NCBI GenBank assembly: GCA_965637545.1
Contig: OZ281497.1
Coordinates: forward strand, 18,290,001-18,354,000
DNA from: Phallusia mammillata
Lineage: Eukaryota
Reading direction: 5' to 3'
DNA: 64,000 nt
Shown here: positions 51,101-63,501 of the stretch, piece after piece
How positions within the stretch are numbered: the first letter of the stretch is position 1
How the letters are laid out: the number at the start of each line of letters is the position of its first letter
Made by a program: the position numbers and the translations under genes
The notes under the pieces: model-generated
What the model saw: the letters and a program-made list of their open reading frames with translations, nothing else
Database searches by the model: none
Told to the model about the DNA's origin: nothing

Positions 51101-51163
51101 AAAAAGCGAAGAACCGCACTGCAACTGAACTGGCGTTCCGTGTTTACCTTCTTGAAACTTCAT
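45169..51163 (-). CDS. SH3BP4/MACC1-family protein (ZU5-like, UPA-like, variant SH3, tandem death domains), 12 exons, ~981 aa
   Basis: Exons 51163-51043, 50802-50669, 50599-50517, 49582-49148, 49020-48294, 48161-48032, ~47541-47076, 46948-46812, 46731-46624, 46402-46221, 46086-45862, 45366-45169 chain in frame; the 5' three are less certain. GGVVRISGTDVSLHI, GLVQTNHV...KARPSV, QEIIKALL...LLSVALAIANRWSALAQKL, WKGAWRFLTTW and ILLVSSVDVLR match SH3BP4/MACC1 by eye. Confidence 0.85.
45442..45770. mobile_element. hAT (Buster/Charlie-type) MITE (329 bp) in the last intron of the SH3BP4-like gene
   Basis: TIRs CAG(G/T)GGTTCCCAAACT. Perfect 8-bp TSD GTATAGGC at 45434-45441 and 45771-45778. TGGCCC repeats. 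Confidence 0.92.
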
Positions 51164-52902
51164 ACACTATGTCAGTTGGTAGTTGGTACTTTTTGTGTTA
51201 CGCACATACACACATGACTGCTTATCGATATGCAACAACAAACATAGGACTCGGTTAGATATAAGCGTCTGTAGAGTGGGAACAAAGCAAACACACTCTG
51301 CATACTGACACAGGCAAAACTTTACGCTGAAGTGTCTGTTGGGAAACGACAATAAGGCTACCTTACAATTGAACTACTCGCAGCAGGGCTAAATGACGGC
51401 TCTTGAACACTTAACTTGAACTGTCTAAATGTCGGCTTCATGCAATTGAATGTGACGCGAATCGTATTTTTAACTTAACGCACGAACCAAGTCGGTGCTA
51501 TTGTGTTTTAACACAATGCCGTAAAACGTCAAGGTTTTTATGCGTTCGAGCCTTTCACTTCACGTTCACACTTGACCTTATCTTCATTCCTTTCTCTGCC
51601 TCAAACTTGTCGATTCGCACACTGTATCTATTAAAGATAACTGCCGGTGTATGTTGACACCAAACAAAAGTCCAGTAATCAACGTATTGGAGCAAAATAC
51701 TCCACAGCTGATAACTCGCTAATGCTAGAACAACAGATATCATAACAATTGTAGGTTACTATCTGTTAATCTTAGTGTTGCTTCAGTTTGTTCGCCAAAT
51801 ACTGCGGTGTACAATTCACCCTGTCCTGTCGCGTACATAAATAAGTTACGGGCGGCTGCCGGGTTTGTTCTTCGGTCGTGAACGAACGAGCACATAAACA
51901 ATCTGCTCTAGTCTTCTAAACGCTTCTACACTGGACACCGTATGCTGTTGATTTTACAAGCCCCATTTGGTGCGTTCTAATAAAACAACACTCATATTGT
52001 TTTGCACCAGGCCATCTGTCTTCTGCTATACCGCTATGAAAAACTAAAACATTCTTTCTGTCGATGAACAAATGAGTATTTCAATGCATTTGGTACATTT
52101 TTTGTAAACGACTGGTACCAGTCGTGTACTTTGAAACCTGACAATCTAGGGTTTAATCCGACAAGAAATCTGACACGACGCAAACTTTTCGATTTTCCCA
52201 GACGTGACGTAATTCATCGCTTTGCGATAACCGAAACCGGCGTGACGAATCGGCTACAAATATAGGCGAAAAAGTGGCAGGAAAATACAAATCACAGCAT
52301 AAAAAAGCCCGACTGAATTACATAAAAGGATTTTATTGTAAAATTGTATCAACAAGCAAATAGCCACTACGATAATGAACGGTTACTAACACTACAATTG
52401 TTCAAGAAATATGTTTCTTGGACTAACTTAATTAAGTCCAGCTGTGTTGTTTGTAACACTTTTTATTGGAGCAACTATTGACCAACGCGGTTATTATAAG
52501 TCTGTCCAAAAGTAAGGAGGTCAAACTATTCGGTCAACTGGTTTTATATCGCGTGTTGTATGCGGGTTGCATTTTATCTAGCGCCACTTAGCGATTTATA
52601 AATTTATAATTCGTCGACACTTAACAGGATAAATTATTTATTTTTACGAAAATACATTTATTGCTGCACAACAACACTGCAAACAACAACTAAAATCATA
52701 GTTTACTACTATCATTGCAAATCCGAATACAATTGGAAAAAGTAACTTAAAACAATTTATACAAAGATAGGATGAAAATTCTAGAGAATGTGCATGCATT
52801 AAAAACATACAAACAATAGTTTCCTGACAAATTATAATTGTCCAATTATTTCGTGCTTTGCACACCGGTGGAAATTAAATGATGTTACATGTTTTACAAA
52901 AC

Positions 52903-55900
52903 TTATTGCAATTTGCACGTGTCGAGTTTTTCTTGTAATAAAGTATACTCTTGTCTTAGCACTCTTAACAGCTTCAATTCGTTCTCAGGGTCTTCGCTGA
53001 TTTCTTTTAATTGGGCGGTGTATTTTTTCTCGAGCACATCGTTAATTCTACGTAGTTCTGCTCGTTTGCCGTACTTCGTCCATTTTTCATATATCGCCTG
53101 TGCAAGAAAAAAAATACACAAAATAATTAATCACAATGCACGAAGTCAATTCTTTCCTATCAAACTTGTCGTGGACAATTTTACTAAAGTTGCAACAATT
53201 GTGACCGAGCTATATGTAGCCTAACCATTGAACAACTAAACTAATTTTTTTCTGCTTTTTGTGTTCAAAATTCCGTGAATCGTGTCAACGTCGATTTATA
53301 TTACTTGTGACGTGGTGATTGTCGTGTCTTTTGTCGTTTGCCATACGTTTTACACGAGGTAGCCGACCGTGTTACAGTGCATTGAATGTTTAATAGTGCT
53401 GTAAGTTTATTCTCAAGAAATAGTTTCATAAAGTTAACTTAATGCGTGTGGTAATGATGCTGCTAGTTGCGTTAATGTTCGTGTTTGTATAGCATAAGTA
53501 AACTCTCTATTTTGTATTATTTTTATGTATGGGCGAAAAACGCTAATTTGGACAATTTAAAGTTGTTTAGCCTATGCTCACTTTATTTGCTTCGATGGCG
53601 TATTGCCCTCTCCATTCCGAAATTTTCGAGTTTACCATTCTTTCCTGGTGCTCCTTAGCATAAAAACAAACAAACAATTTGTTTTAACAGAACATTATCT
53701 GTAAAGCATGAACAGCAGGGCTTAAAGTGGCCACTTTTAGGTTTCGTAACTATAAACAGTAAAACCCTTGGTTTGAAAAGAATTAGTCAGTTGTGCGTAG
53801 AGAAATATATATTTCGCCGGACATCATAAGATCTTTTTTTTGAAAAAGAACGGTAGGCCTACGCTCAACGTGGCGAAACAACATGCATTGAAACAGGTAG
53901 TTGCCACCACCGACACCTGCTAAAAGGAAACAAACCTGTGACAAGGTGACTTAACCAAGCCAGTTAAAATCTAACGAAATGGAGAAAATAAGAAAGTAGA
54001 ACTGGCAAACACATGGCGATATAACAAAGATTAAGGTAAGAATATATTTTCATCTACCGGAATCTAAATAATTTTGTTTAAGCCATGCAAGGGTTTTACT
54101 GTGATATTTTAATTATAAAGTTGCATGCTTTTGTTATTCTTGTGAAAAAAATGACTGTTGTTTTCACGCTAAAATCTTAACTATTACAATTGGTTGGTAT
54201 TTTTAGGAAATTTATTTCCAATTACCTCGTTTTCTTCCATTTCCCGTAAGAAGCGCAGTTTAATATCAAGCATTTGTCTTTTTACCGCGTATTCGTATTG
54301 AAGTTTATTGGATACGCGACAGTTTGCTATTTGTTTCTGAAATGCGTCCATTGACTTCTCCATGATATCTGCTAGTTTCGCCTGTGCTTCCGTTCTACCA
54401 ACTTTCTTTCCCTTCATCTATTTCAAAAATGAGTGCGAAACGATTTTTCAAAATCAAAATGGATGATCATAAGGTCTTTATCTGATCATAAGGTCTTTAT
54501 CTGTACTTTCTGTACTTCTGTACTTATTCAAACAGTAAGGAAAGTTAATATCACTCTTTTCTGTCACTTTGGTTTAACCGCTAAAGAAAATGGGATTAAA
54601 TTGGCCCCAACGTTTATTCCAAATCAATTGTAAAATATATTACCTGTATGATTTCTATCCGCATATAAGCAACGGCCTGAGTAATTGCTGATTCCCCGTA
54701 GACTCTTGAAAAGTCCTAACAACCGAAACACGTTTTTGCCAAAAAGTTTGGAATAAATGAGTAGTGTTTTGTACCTGATATACGGCATGTTCTTCTTTCT
54801 TTTCTGAGACCAACGCCCCGAGTTTTTCCATTAGGTCTGTTGATATTGGATTTAGGATGCTGTGAGGAATTTCTCGTGTGTTCATGTTAAAAGTTTGTGA
54901 AACCCGAGCCATTTCCCTGTCCCCCTTTAAAATCATTTCATTTTCATCCAGGGATACAATGTCGTCCTTAAAAACACTTTAGATTTTTTTGACGGGTTCG
55001 GAAAAATACAGTCAATTTAAAGTTTTCGCAATCACCTCACTCAGTGCATCTTTAAGTTGTTTACAGGCCAAGTGCGCGCAGTCCTTTGCTTTGTTTTCAA
55101 ATTCTTCCTAGAAAAACATCCTTTTGCACAAAAACAATTAATATTAACTCAGCGAAGTTGTACCTTCTTCTTTTCGTTGACAACAAGTGCATGGTTATAC
55201 TTTTCCGTCATTTCAGCTACTAGTTCACTTTTTTGATTTTGTGAAACTTCAGGCAACGTTTTTGGATCCTTTTCGTCGAATTCGGCCATCGCCTCATCTT
55301 TCGCATGCTCATATATTACGGAAAGGGTTTTACCATCAACGTACTCTTGTACTTTCTATGAAATACACACTAATAATATGTGCAGTGCTTGTTAAATAAT
55401 AGGCTATATATAGACCAATGCAATTAAAATGTATACATTTTTTATCCGTGAAAAACTTCACATCATAAGTTTTTCATATTCGCCACCATTTAACCTTAAA
55501 ACATAACATTTGTGTTTCACACATGGAATAAAATCGTATTGTAGGAAATTTTCTTAAGAATGTTGGCAAGTACATTTACTCTCCTATAATTTGGTAAAAT
55601 ATAAAGTCGCTTTGTTAACTGGTTGCTTTAATTGCCGACAGCACGTGATATCATTTCGTACACTTGCCACTGTTTAAGTGTTGCAAAGGTTTACAAAATG
55701 TTGGCCGAAAAACTGTTTTTTATTGCTAGATTTGTGTTTGGGCCTTTTGACGGCGCGGTGTGACTTAGCCCATGTCCAATTAAAACCAGCTGTAAAGAGT
55801 ATAATGTCGAAAACATACGATGGCCAAAAATGAAAGAAGTTGTATGCTCGAATATCTTACCGCATGAATTTGTTCTGAGAAGATCTTCACTAGTTCATTT

Positions 55901-58900
55901 TTATTATCTGTTGCTTAGTTTGGTTCTAAAAATAATGATTTACATTTTATTAAAAATTGTTATTGTTATAGTCATGGCTGGGTTAAATTTTATGTTTATT
56001 TGATGTCATTTTTTAAAGAATAGAAGTATTTTGATTGAATTGACCAATCTACAAAAACACTTTTTACCCGTTTGAATTCATTTTCATCATCTATTATTCT
56101 GTAACTGGCAAATAAAGCTGTTAGAACTTCTGCTTTCAAATCTTTGCAGTTGTACAAGCGCTGGTTAGATGATTCCGATTTAAACATTTCTAAAGCTTGT
56201 TCCTGTACGCGGACGTGCTCTTTTATTAGATCATGATGTTCAACAAACGTTGTGAGGCACACCTAAAGAGGTTGTTACATCCAGTTTGATTTATCAACCT
56301 GCAGTAAAATCTGTTTAGGCTACACTCACCTCTTTGATTGTCTTCTCGTAGTAGGGGAGAGTGGGGTGGGTTGTTACAAAATTTGTTTCGCTGCAATTTT
56401 GGGGTTGAATTATTATTCAGATCATCCTGATTTTTTGTATGGAGTTTGATATGCCCCCAAGTCTAGTAAACATGTTACCAACAAAATAAATTGGTACTTG
56501 TAAAAAAAAATATTTCATGTTTTCTGGTTGATGCTCTGTTGTAACAACTCACCCCATGGTGGGGGTGAGTTGTTACAGTACTTTAGGGAGGTTTCCACAT
56601 CCACAAATGTGACAATTTTTATTTCTTTTATTGTGTGTTTTGTAACATAAATATAATAAAACCACTTTTACTCATCTTAACTATTTATTTTGAGTTATAA
56701 TCAATTTATACAATTTTGTTCATCACGATTCAGAAATTCCAATCCAAATTTGCTAAATTGGTGACATCTTTGTTTCTAAAGTGAACAAAACAGTTGTTTA
56801 GAGTCCAAAAGTAAACTTTTTGGAATGGTAGCAATATCAAGTATTTTGTTTTGCACCAACATTTAAGTTTATTTCATAAAATAGAAGTCACATCACAAGC
56901 TTGCATGTACAGTGTGAGTATTGTAATATCAAGTATCATTGTATGTCACAAATCATGTTGTTTATTAAAATAACAAAACAGATCAAAGGGTTTATAGAAC
57001 AAACACAACACAGTTTACAATCAAATTCATTTTTAAAGTACTTTATGTCAATGAATTCACAAACTTCAACTTTTGACATAACTTTAACCATGGAATGAAT
57101 GACATCCTATATTCCTTACAGTTTCTTGTCCTCGATATAGTAGTAAGTTTTCAAACTTGGTCCAAAACCTGGATTTTACACACATAATTAACTTTTTAGA
57201 AAGTAAAGAGCTTGCAATAACAACATATTGTCACCAAACAACATTTTAAGCACATTATTTATTTACAAAAGTTAAGTATTACCTTTCTCAGGCCCATATG
57301 TTAATCATTGTTCCAGATGTGGGACACCTTGTAACAACTCACCCCACCAGCATGGTGCAACTTAAACCAATCTGAACTTAAAATTAGCTAAAGTTTGCAA
57401 CTTTATTCTTTTACAAGTTACTAACATATCACTTGACAAAAAAACTTGCATGATAGAATTTTTTAAATTGTGTGCTTTAGGAGAGTCGATTTAGCTTAAG
57501 TCCAAAAATTTACTTTAGACACCTCAAAATAGCAAAATTTGAGAAGTCAGCGAATACCCGCACAAATTTAACCAAATTTTGTCGCGCTGGCCGTCCCGGA
57601 TGTACCAATCGACATGCGTAATTCCAGCGGTTTCATGAAAACATTGCCGAAGTTATTCGCGTTGTAACAACCCGCCCCTGTAACAACTTACCCCACTCTC
57701 CCCTAATGTACAGCTGTCTGAACATTTTTTGCAGCGGATTTTTCTGCTAGTTGCTGGAAAACGCCAAAAGTCATGATTTTTTTTTAATTTTTAGACGTTT
57801 TTACAGGGTTAATACAAAATTACGAACAAAATTTGTATTTTTACTTTTTTACAAAGTTTTCTGACAACAGTTTGTCTCTTTCCCCTTGTATCCAATCATT
57901 AAGCTGCGTTTTCATGTCTTCCTTTTGTTTTTGCCCGGCATCGGACACATCTAATGGAAAGAGTGCAAGTTGGGATGCTTGATCATGAAGAGTTTCAAAC
58001 CAATCCTCGTCCACTGGTTTGGTCAATCTCTGTGTTAAGCAAATGTTATAGGTTATAGTAAACCTCAGTTCATTCGAAACTTCGCCTAATTCAGATGAAA
58101 CTTGAGGTACAATTGCTTGGTAGTATTTTCGTTTAATTTAATTCAGATCCGGAGAAAAATTGCTTTTTCAACATGTCCTGACCTAGATTTCTACGTTACA
58201 ATTGCAATTTTGTACGTGTAACCACGTTGAAGTTAGGCTACTATGTGGTGGCCACCGGTAGATTACAAGAGCTTAATTAGGTCTACTGTTTATAACCTTA
58301 GCGTAGACCTCGGTTCACCACCACTGACACCCGTGCCAGGTTGGCATGCAATATGAGTTTTCGTGGCAGGTCAAGCAATTTCAGGTTTTTATTTAAATCC
58401 TACAGTTGGACATAATTAAAACTATTATTAAAGTGCTGTAAAAACATTAAAAAGCGTTTTTGCAAAAAACTATCTAAACAATTTGGAAAAATAAAACTTA
58501 CCTTTATCATGTATTCTCTGTACGTTTGTTGACATGACCCACATAGTTCAGATATTGCTTGCTTCTTACTTTCCTAAAGCAATAAGTTGTTTTAATGCCT
58601 TCACAGTTTCCAACAGAAAATTGCAATAGGCTACTTGTTCTTTTATTATTTCAGGGAGATAGGCCTAATATTGATATTCGTCTTCTATGGACTCTTGCAG
58701 TTTTGTTCTATACATTTGTTGCTCTTCCTGAAGATATTTTTCGCTTTTTACTTTGTTGTTAAACCGATTCATGGCGTTTTTGAGAGTTTCCTCGTGTTTT
58801 TTCTCAAATTCGTCTTGGTGACATTTATGCAGATTGAACTAAAAAAAAATTAAACGTCCGAAAAACATCATCTCACTGTAGTCGTGGGTGTTTTACCTGT

Positions 58901-61228
58901 TTCATTTCAGTGCTGTAGAATTGCAAACATTGCAAATACATTTTTTCGAAATCAAGTTTACGCCTGGTCTAAAAACAAAACAAACATCCTATGCTGTGTT
59001 TTGTTTAATGTTTGCAAAGCATGTTGCTTTTAAGCGTACCTTTACACTTTGATTTTGGTGCTTTAGAAGTTGAAGTTCATTTAGAAAAAAATCATCAGTT
59101 TCCTTCTTAATGTCTAGATGTTTTGGAGTCGAATTATCTTTTTCAAGTTCCATTACGGCGGCTTCACGGCACTCTTTATGCCAACAGTTCAATTGCTCAT
59201 CAGTCATATATTTGTCATCCTTCAACTTTTCCTTCTACATGCAAAAATATGCTTCAATAATGTAGAGCTGCACGAGAAAAGCATCTGTACCATTTTTTCT
59301 TTGTACGTTTTCTGGATTTTTTCCAAAACCTTGTACCTCTGCATTCTTTTCTTTTTCTAAAATATATGTCTTTTTGGTAACATGCAAAACGAAAACCGGG
59401 ATAAGACTCGTACACAAAACAAATAGTGTTTTACAAACTTTTTACCAACTCGGCTTCGTGTTGTGCTGTGTTTTCATCGATGTGTTTGTTTAATGTTCGT
59501 AGAAGATCATCTGAATAAGGTTTAACGAAGTCACATTTGTAGTTTTGGCTTTTTTCGTTAAAATGCATTTTAGCAACTTGTTTAGCTTTTTCCAAACAAG
59601 CACTGAAGTTGTCTTTGTGATTTTCCTGCCAATTAGGAAATGTGTGTAAACAATGACAAGTACAAAGAACAAAAAAGCACTAAAAGTAACCTACATATTT
59701 TAAGCTGTCCTTAAACTTGTCATAGGAATCTTCGACCAGTAAAGTTTTTTTTTAAACTTTACCTTTAATGAATAAATTGCATACAGTATGATAATTTGCT
59801 AGAACGTGCTTTAAAAAATATGTTTCATTTCAAAGGTTGTTGTTGCCAAGGATTTTTACAATACTAGTGTTGGTTTTATTACTTAATTACCGAAATTAAA
59901 AAAGTGCCTGAAACCAATGTAAACGTACTTGTTTGAGGTGGAGTTCATATGAACACGCTATGAAGCGACTTTTCAATTCGTCTTCTAAACTTTCGCCGTA
60001 CTTTTTCTTTAAACGTTCGTTTTCATATTTTTGTTTTTTGTGAAAGGCATCGACTAGCTTCTGTTGAATTTCGTTCTGTTCAGTTTCCAGGGCCACGAAG
60101 TCCAATGTTTCCACACATTTGTTCTAAAAATCAATAGCAGAAACACTTTTAGAGGTCATCTTACGTCGACGATCACAGATTATTAAAAAAAACTATTGTT
60201 TAGTAAAAAGCACCAGTGCTTCTGTACTAGAATCGGTCAACAAAAAATGTTTTCGAAGGAGAAATATATTTCACCCTTATGGATATTATCAGTCTTTGCA
60301 AACAATGACGTAGGCAACGAAAAATTGTGCTAATGTGTAAATATTTTTGTGTAATACCATTTTTTTACTAACGCCATATACCACTTCAATTTAAAAAAAA
60401 TCAAATTTGAAAAAACAGTAATTTTTTTTTCACCTTATGCGGTGTGTTAAATTTGTGACGTGTTTGATTGGCTTTGAGTTCACATCACCTTTTAAAGACT
60501 GGTCTACACTCGTTGTTTTTGCTTTGTAGAGGCTAATGATGTCCGCAAGGGTGAAATATATGCCCCTTTTCCAAAATATTTTTATTTACTAACTATAGGT
60601 TAATCAAACATACTTCAACGACATTTTTTCTTCCAGCATATTTTTCAACCACGTCTTGAACTTCCTTTCGATATTTTTGGTGCACAGCGTTCTTAATTTA
60701 AAAACAAAGTTAGTATCTATACAGGCGTAGCTTACCTTATTTTCGTACTTTAAGGCGGCTCAATATACAAAACGATTAGCTTCTTGGTTAACTGTGGCTT
60801 AAATTTTTATTCAAAGTCAATGACATGTATATCGGATTAATTTGCAATTGTACCGTATAAAATGCACTTACGTTTCTGTCAAACGGTCAAATTAATTAAA
60901 AGTCACAAAAAAGGTTTAAAAACATATCATTTATTTGGTGTAAAATTTAAAGCAAGTATATTTTTTTCAAGCAATATATAATGGGAGAAAAACAACAAAT
61001 TTGGTATTTTAAGTATAGAAGTAGCAAAAATGTTACCACTTTTCTTTTGTTGTTTTGATAGAACATTACAGTTAGTTGCTGTATCCTATTTTTTAGTCGG
61101 TCCCGTAGGTTGTCTTTAAATGTCGCTCCTCCGAGCAGCACTCGAGATTCAAAGTGTTCCATTACAGTCTTTTCAATACCTTTGACAGTCGACGAAACGT
61201 CTTCGTTTTGAAAATACGGTCCAGTGTT
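52903..61228 (-). pseudogene. 3' portion of a long GBP/atlastin-like helical-repeat gene ending in CaaX (CKLQ), probably inactivated
   Basis: Phase-0 exons: 61228-61040, 60691-60614, 60123-59929, 59762-59695*, 59625-59446, 59356-59291, 59234-59040, 58968-58897, 58838-58635*, 58573-58502, 58029-57853, 57753-57704+56351-56330*, 56262-56068, 55925-55861*, 55355-55164, 55107-55036, 54966-54775, 54715-54644, 54417-54226, 53653-53582, 53097-52903 (* = lesion). The exon chain is well supported. The family call rests on by-eye similarity to atlastin/GBP helical bundles; no GTPase domain was seen. Confidence 0.7.
56354..57703. mobile_element. Non-autonomous TA-flanked DNA transposon (Tc1/mariner-pogo-like, 1350 bp) inserted in a coding exon
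   Basis: 25-bp TIRs ggggagagtggggt(gg/aa)gttgttaca (23/25 match). TA duplicated at 56352-53 and 57704-05. Internal gtaacaactcacccca repeats at ~56541 and ~57331. No transposase ORF. Confidence 0.9.
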
Positions 61229-61570
61229 CTAAAAGTTAAAGTTGGGGGTACGAAGCACCAAAGCAGGGGGTACGTCATACAGTGTGAAATTATACGCTAT
61301 TAGGCATATTTGTGAAGAATGCGTACCAGTTACGTTGTTATATGTCTTTGACTGATTTGAATTGACTTATTGTTGGTGTGCTGTAAATATTGTTGAATTT
61401 ACAAGACTGTTTTAATGCACACATTCAACGCATAAGTTATAAATACACTGAGTTTAATTCCTATTAGTACAATTTTATTTACTTCCGTCGGCCATTGTAG
61501 ACAGTGGGTTACGAAAGAAATTTCATGAAAGCTCAAAGGGAACGAGCGCTAAAATGGTTAAGAAACACTG
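61222..61570. mobile_element. Older hAT-type MITE with GGGGTACG subterminal motifs
   Basis: cagtgttct... left end and ...ggttaagaaacactg right end. The flanks do not form a TSD. Confidence 0.55.
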
Positions 61571-62224
61571 CAGTACAAGATTAAAAAAAACATCGTATTG
61601 GCAAAAAGTCGGAAGTGTGTCGGCACACTCAATCTAGTCTGACACATAAACTTAAGTTTCGTAAACCAGGGATTTTGGACACAAACCAAGACTGGGTCAG
61701 GAGGTTATTTGTCGAATATCTTTGCATTCAAAAGCACGATCCCTAACTTAACGTCGACACAGTGTCCATGCGACTTTGTGTCTGTTCAACGCTTGACCCC
61801 TATTTCCGTTTCTTTCCCGTTTTTACTGCAACATGTTTAATTGCCAGTTCCCCGTGGTATATGTGACGTCACACTACAACTCTTGCATTTTACTTCTTTC
61901 TAAACTTAAAAAGGTTTCGCTGAAATATTCCAGTTTCAAAGTTTCGTCCTAATTTTAATTCTGTGGGGTTTAACAGTGTATAAAGCATGGTTTCAAACCC
62001 GACAATAATTTACTGACTTTTTGCATGCAAAAATATAATAATTGAAGCAATTTTCGTTGGTACTAAGCAGGAAAGACAATTTACCGCTTTAACTGTGGGT
62101 TCGTAATATATACACATATATATATATGCACCACCGAATAACGCCCAAAAAGCCTAGATTATTTTTCTTACTTGATGCACAAATTGAGCTGCTCACTGAT
62201 AAGATCAGTCTTAACTGTCTATAA

Positions 62225-63501
62225 CAGGGGTGGCCAGACCTGCTTCATGCTCGAGCCGCATATCACAAAACTTAGTTTTAAAAGAGCCCCAACACAAAAA
62301 ATCAAAAACGCGTTTATTCACTCACAATCAAGTGTAGGCTTTTAAATAATGATTTATTGTTGTGTGGTGATACTGTGAGTCTCCACCTGGGCTGCAAGGA
62401 TTTTGAAATTAGGCTTTTTTGTGTTTAGCTTTGTAATGACGTTTCTATTGGGCGTCGTTGTGGAATAATTTTTTCGACAACGGCGTCTTAAGGCCGTTTT
62501 GAAAACAAACAAAAAACTTGCAAGATAGCTAACTTGCAGGAACTTAGCGTTGCAAGTTAGCTAACCTGCCGCAAGTTAGGTTATCTTGCAACGCTAAGTT
62601 GCCGCAAGTTAGCTAAGTTGCTGCAAGATAGCTATCTTGCGACGCTAAGTTACCGCAACTTAACTAACTTGCAACGCTAAATTGCCGCAAGATAGCTATT
62701 TTGCGCCGCTAAGTTGCCGCAAGTTAGCTAACTTGCGACTCAAATAGTTAAGTTGCATCAAGATAGCTAACCTGCAACGAAATATAGCTAAGTTGCGGCA
62801 ACTTAGCGTCGCAAGTTAGCTAAGTTGCGTTGCAAGTTAATTAAGTTGCCGCAAGATAACCTAACTTGCGGCAAGTTAGCTAACTTGCAACGCTAAATTG
62901 CTGCAAGTTAGCTATATTTCGTTGCAGTTAGCTATATTGCGGCAACTTAGCTATCTTGTAGCAACTTAATTTATTCGACGACGGCGCCCCATACGTTTCA
63001 AGTTACTGGTTTTGTAACGATTGAGCGAATCTTGACAGATAAGACACACAGGTTTACCTTCATTATCAATGAATGGAAACTCCTCCTCCCATTCTGTTTT
63101 AAAAGTTATATTTTCCTGTTTATCTTTCTTTTTTTGTAATTATTACTCAGCAACATTTTTTGGGATAAACTTTGCAGTTATTGCTAGTATTAGCAGCAAT
63201 AAAAATGTAAAATGTTTTTAATGTCAGCCCTGACTTACAGCTTCAATCTGACAATATATTTGACTACAATGCACAAGCTAGCACGCTTCTGTACAATAAT
63301 GTTCTTTTCGGTTTTCGGAATGTACATTAGGCTACTTATTACAAACAGTCAGTCTATTGTTAATACGTGATAGAATGCATTATTTTATAACCAGGTTAAA
63401 CAACTCGCAACATGGGGAAATACATGTGCAACATTAAAGAGCCGTAAACAAAGACTCAAAGAGCCGCATGCGGCTCGGGAGCCGCAGTTTGGCCACCCCT
63501 G
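62225..63501. mobile_element. hAT-type non-autonomous element (1277 bp) containing a nested insertion
   Basis: TIRs CAGGGGTGGCCA at both ends, GAGCCGC subterminal repeats, imperfect TSD gtcTAtaa / atcTAtat (6/8). Confidence 0.8.
62448..62991. mobile_element. Nested TA-flanked element with internal palindromic ~10-bp minisatellite (foldback-like)
   Basis: Imperfect 24-bp TIRs (19/24) flanked by TA. Array of gcaagttagctaacttgc-type palindromes at ~62520-62968. Confidence 0.75.

Noticed and set aside
51555-51743. 62-aa ORF with hydrophobic start upstream of the SH3BP4-like gene
   Set aside because: No family resemblance and no frame link to the gene.
54518-54533. Second partial spliced-leader-like string (ctgtttgaataag, minus strand)
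   Set aside because: Only 12/13 at the 3' end in AT-rich DNA; compatible with chance.
62520-62968. Regular short repeats resembling a CRISPR array
   Set aside because: No unique spacers, eukaryotic context and no cas genes; it is a minisatellite.
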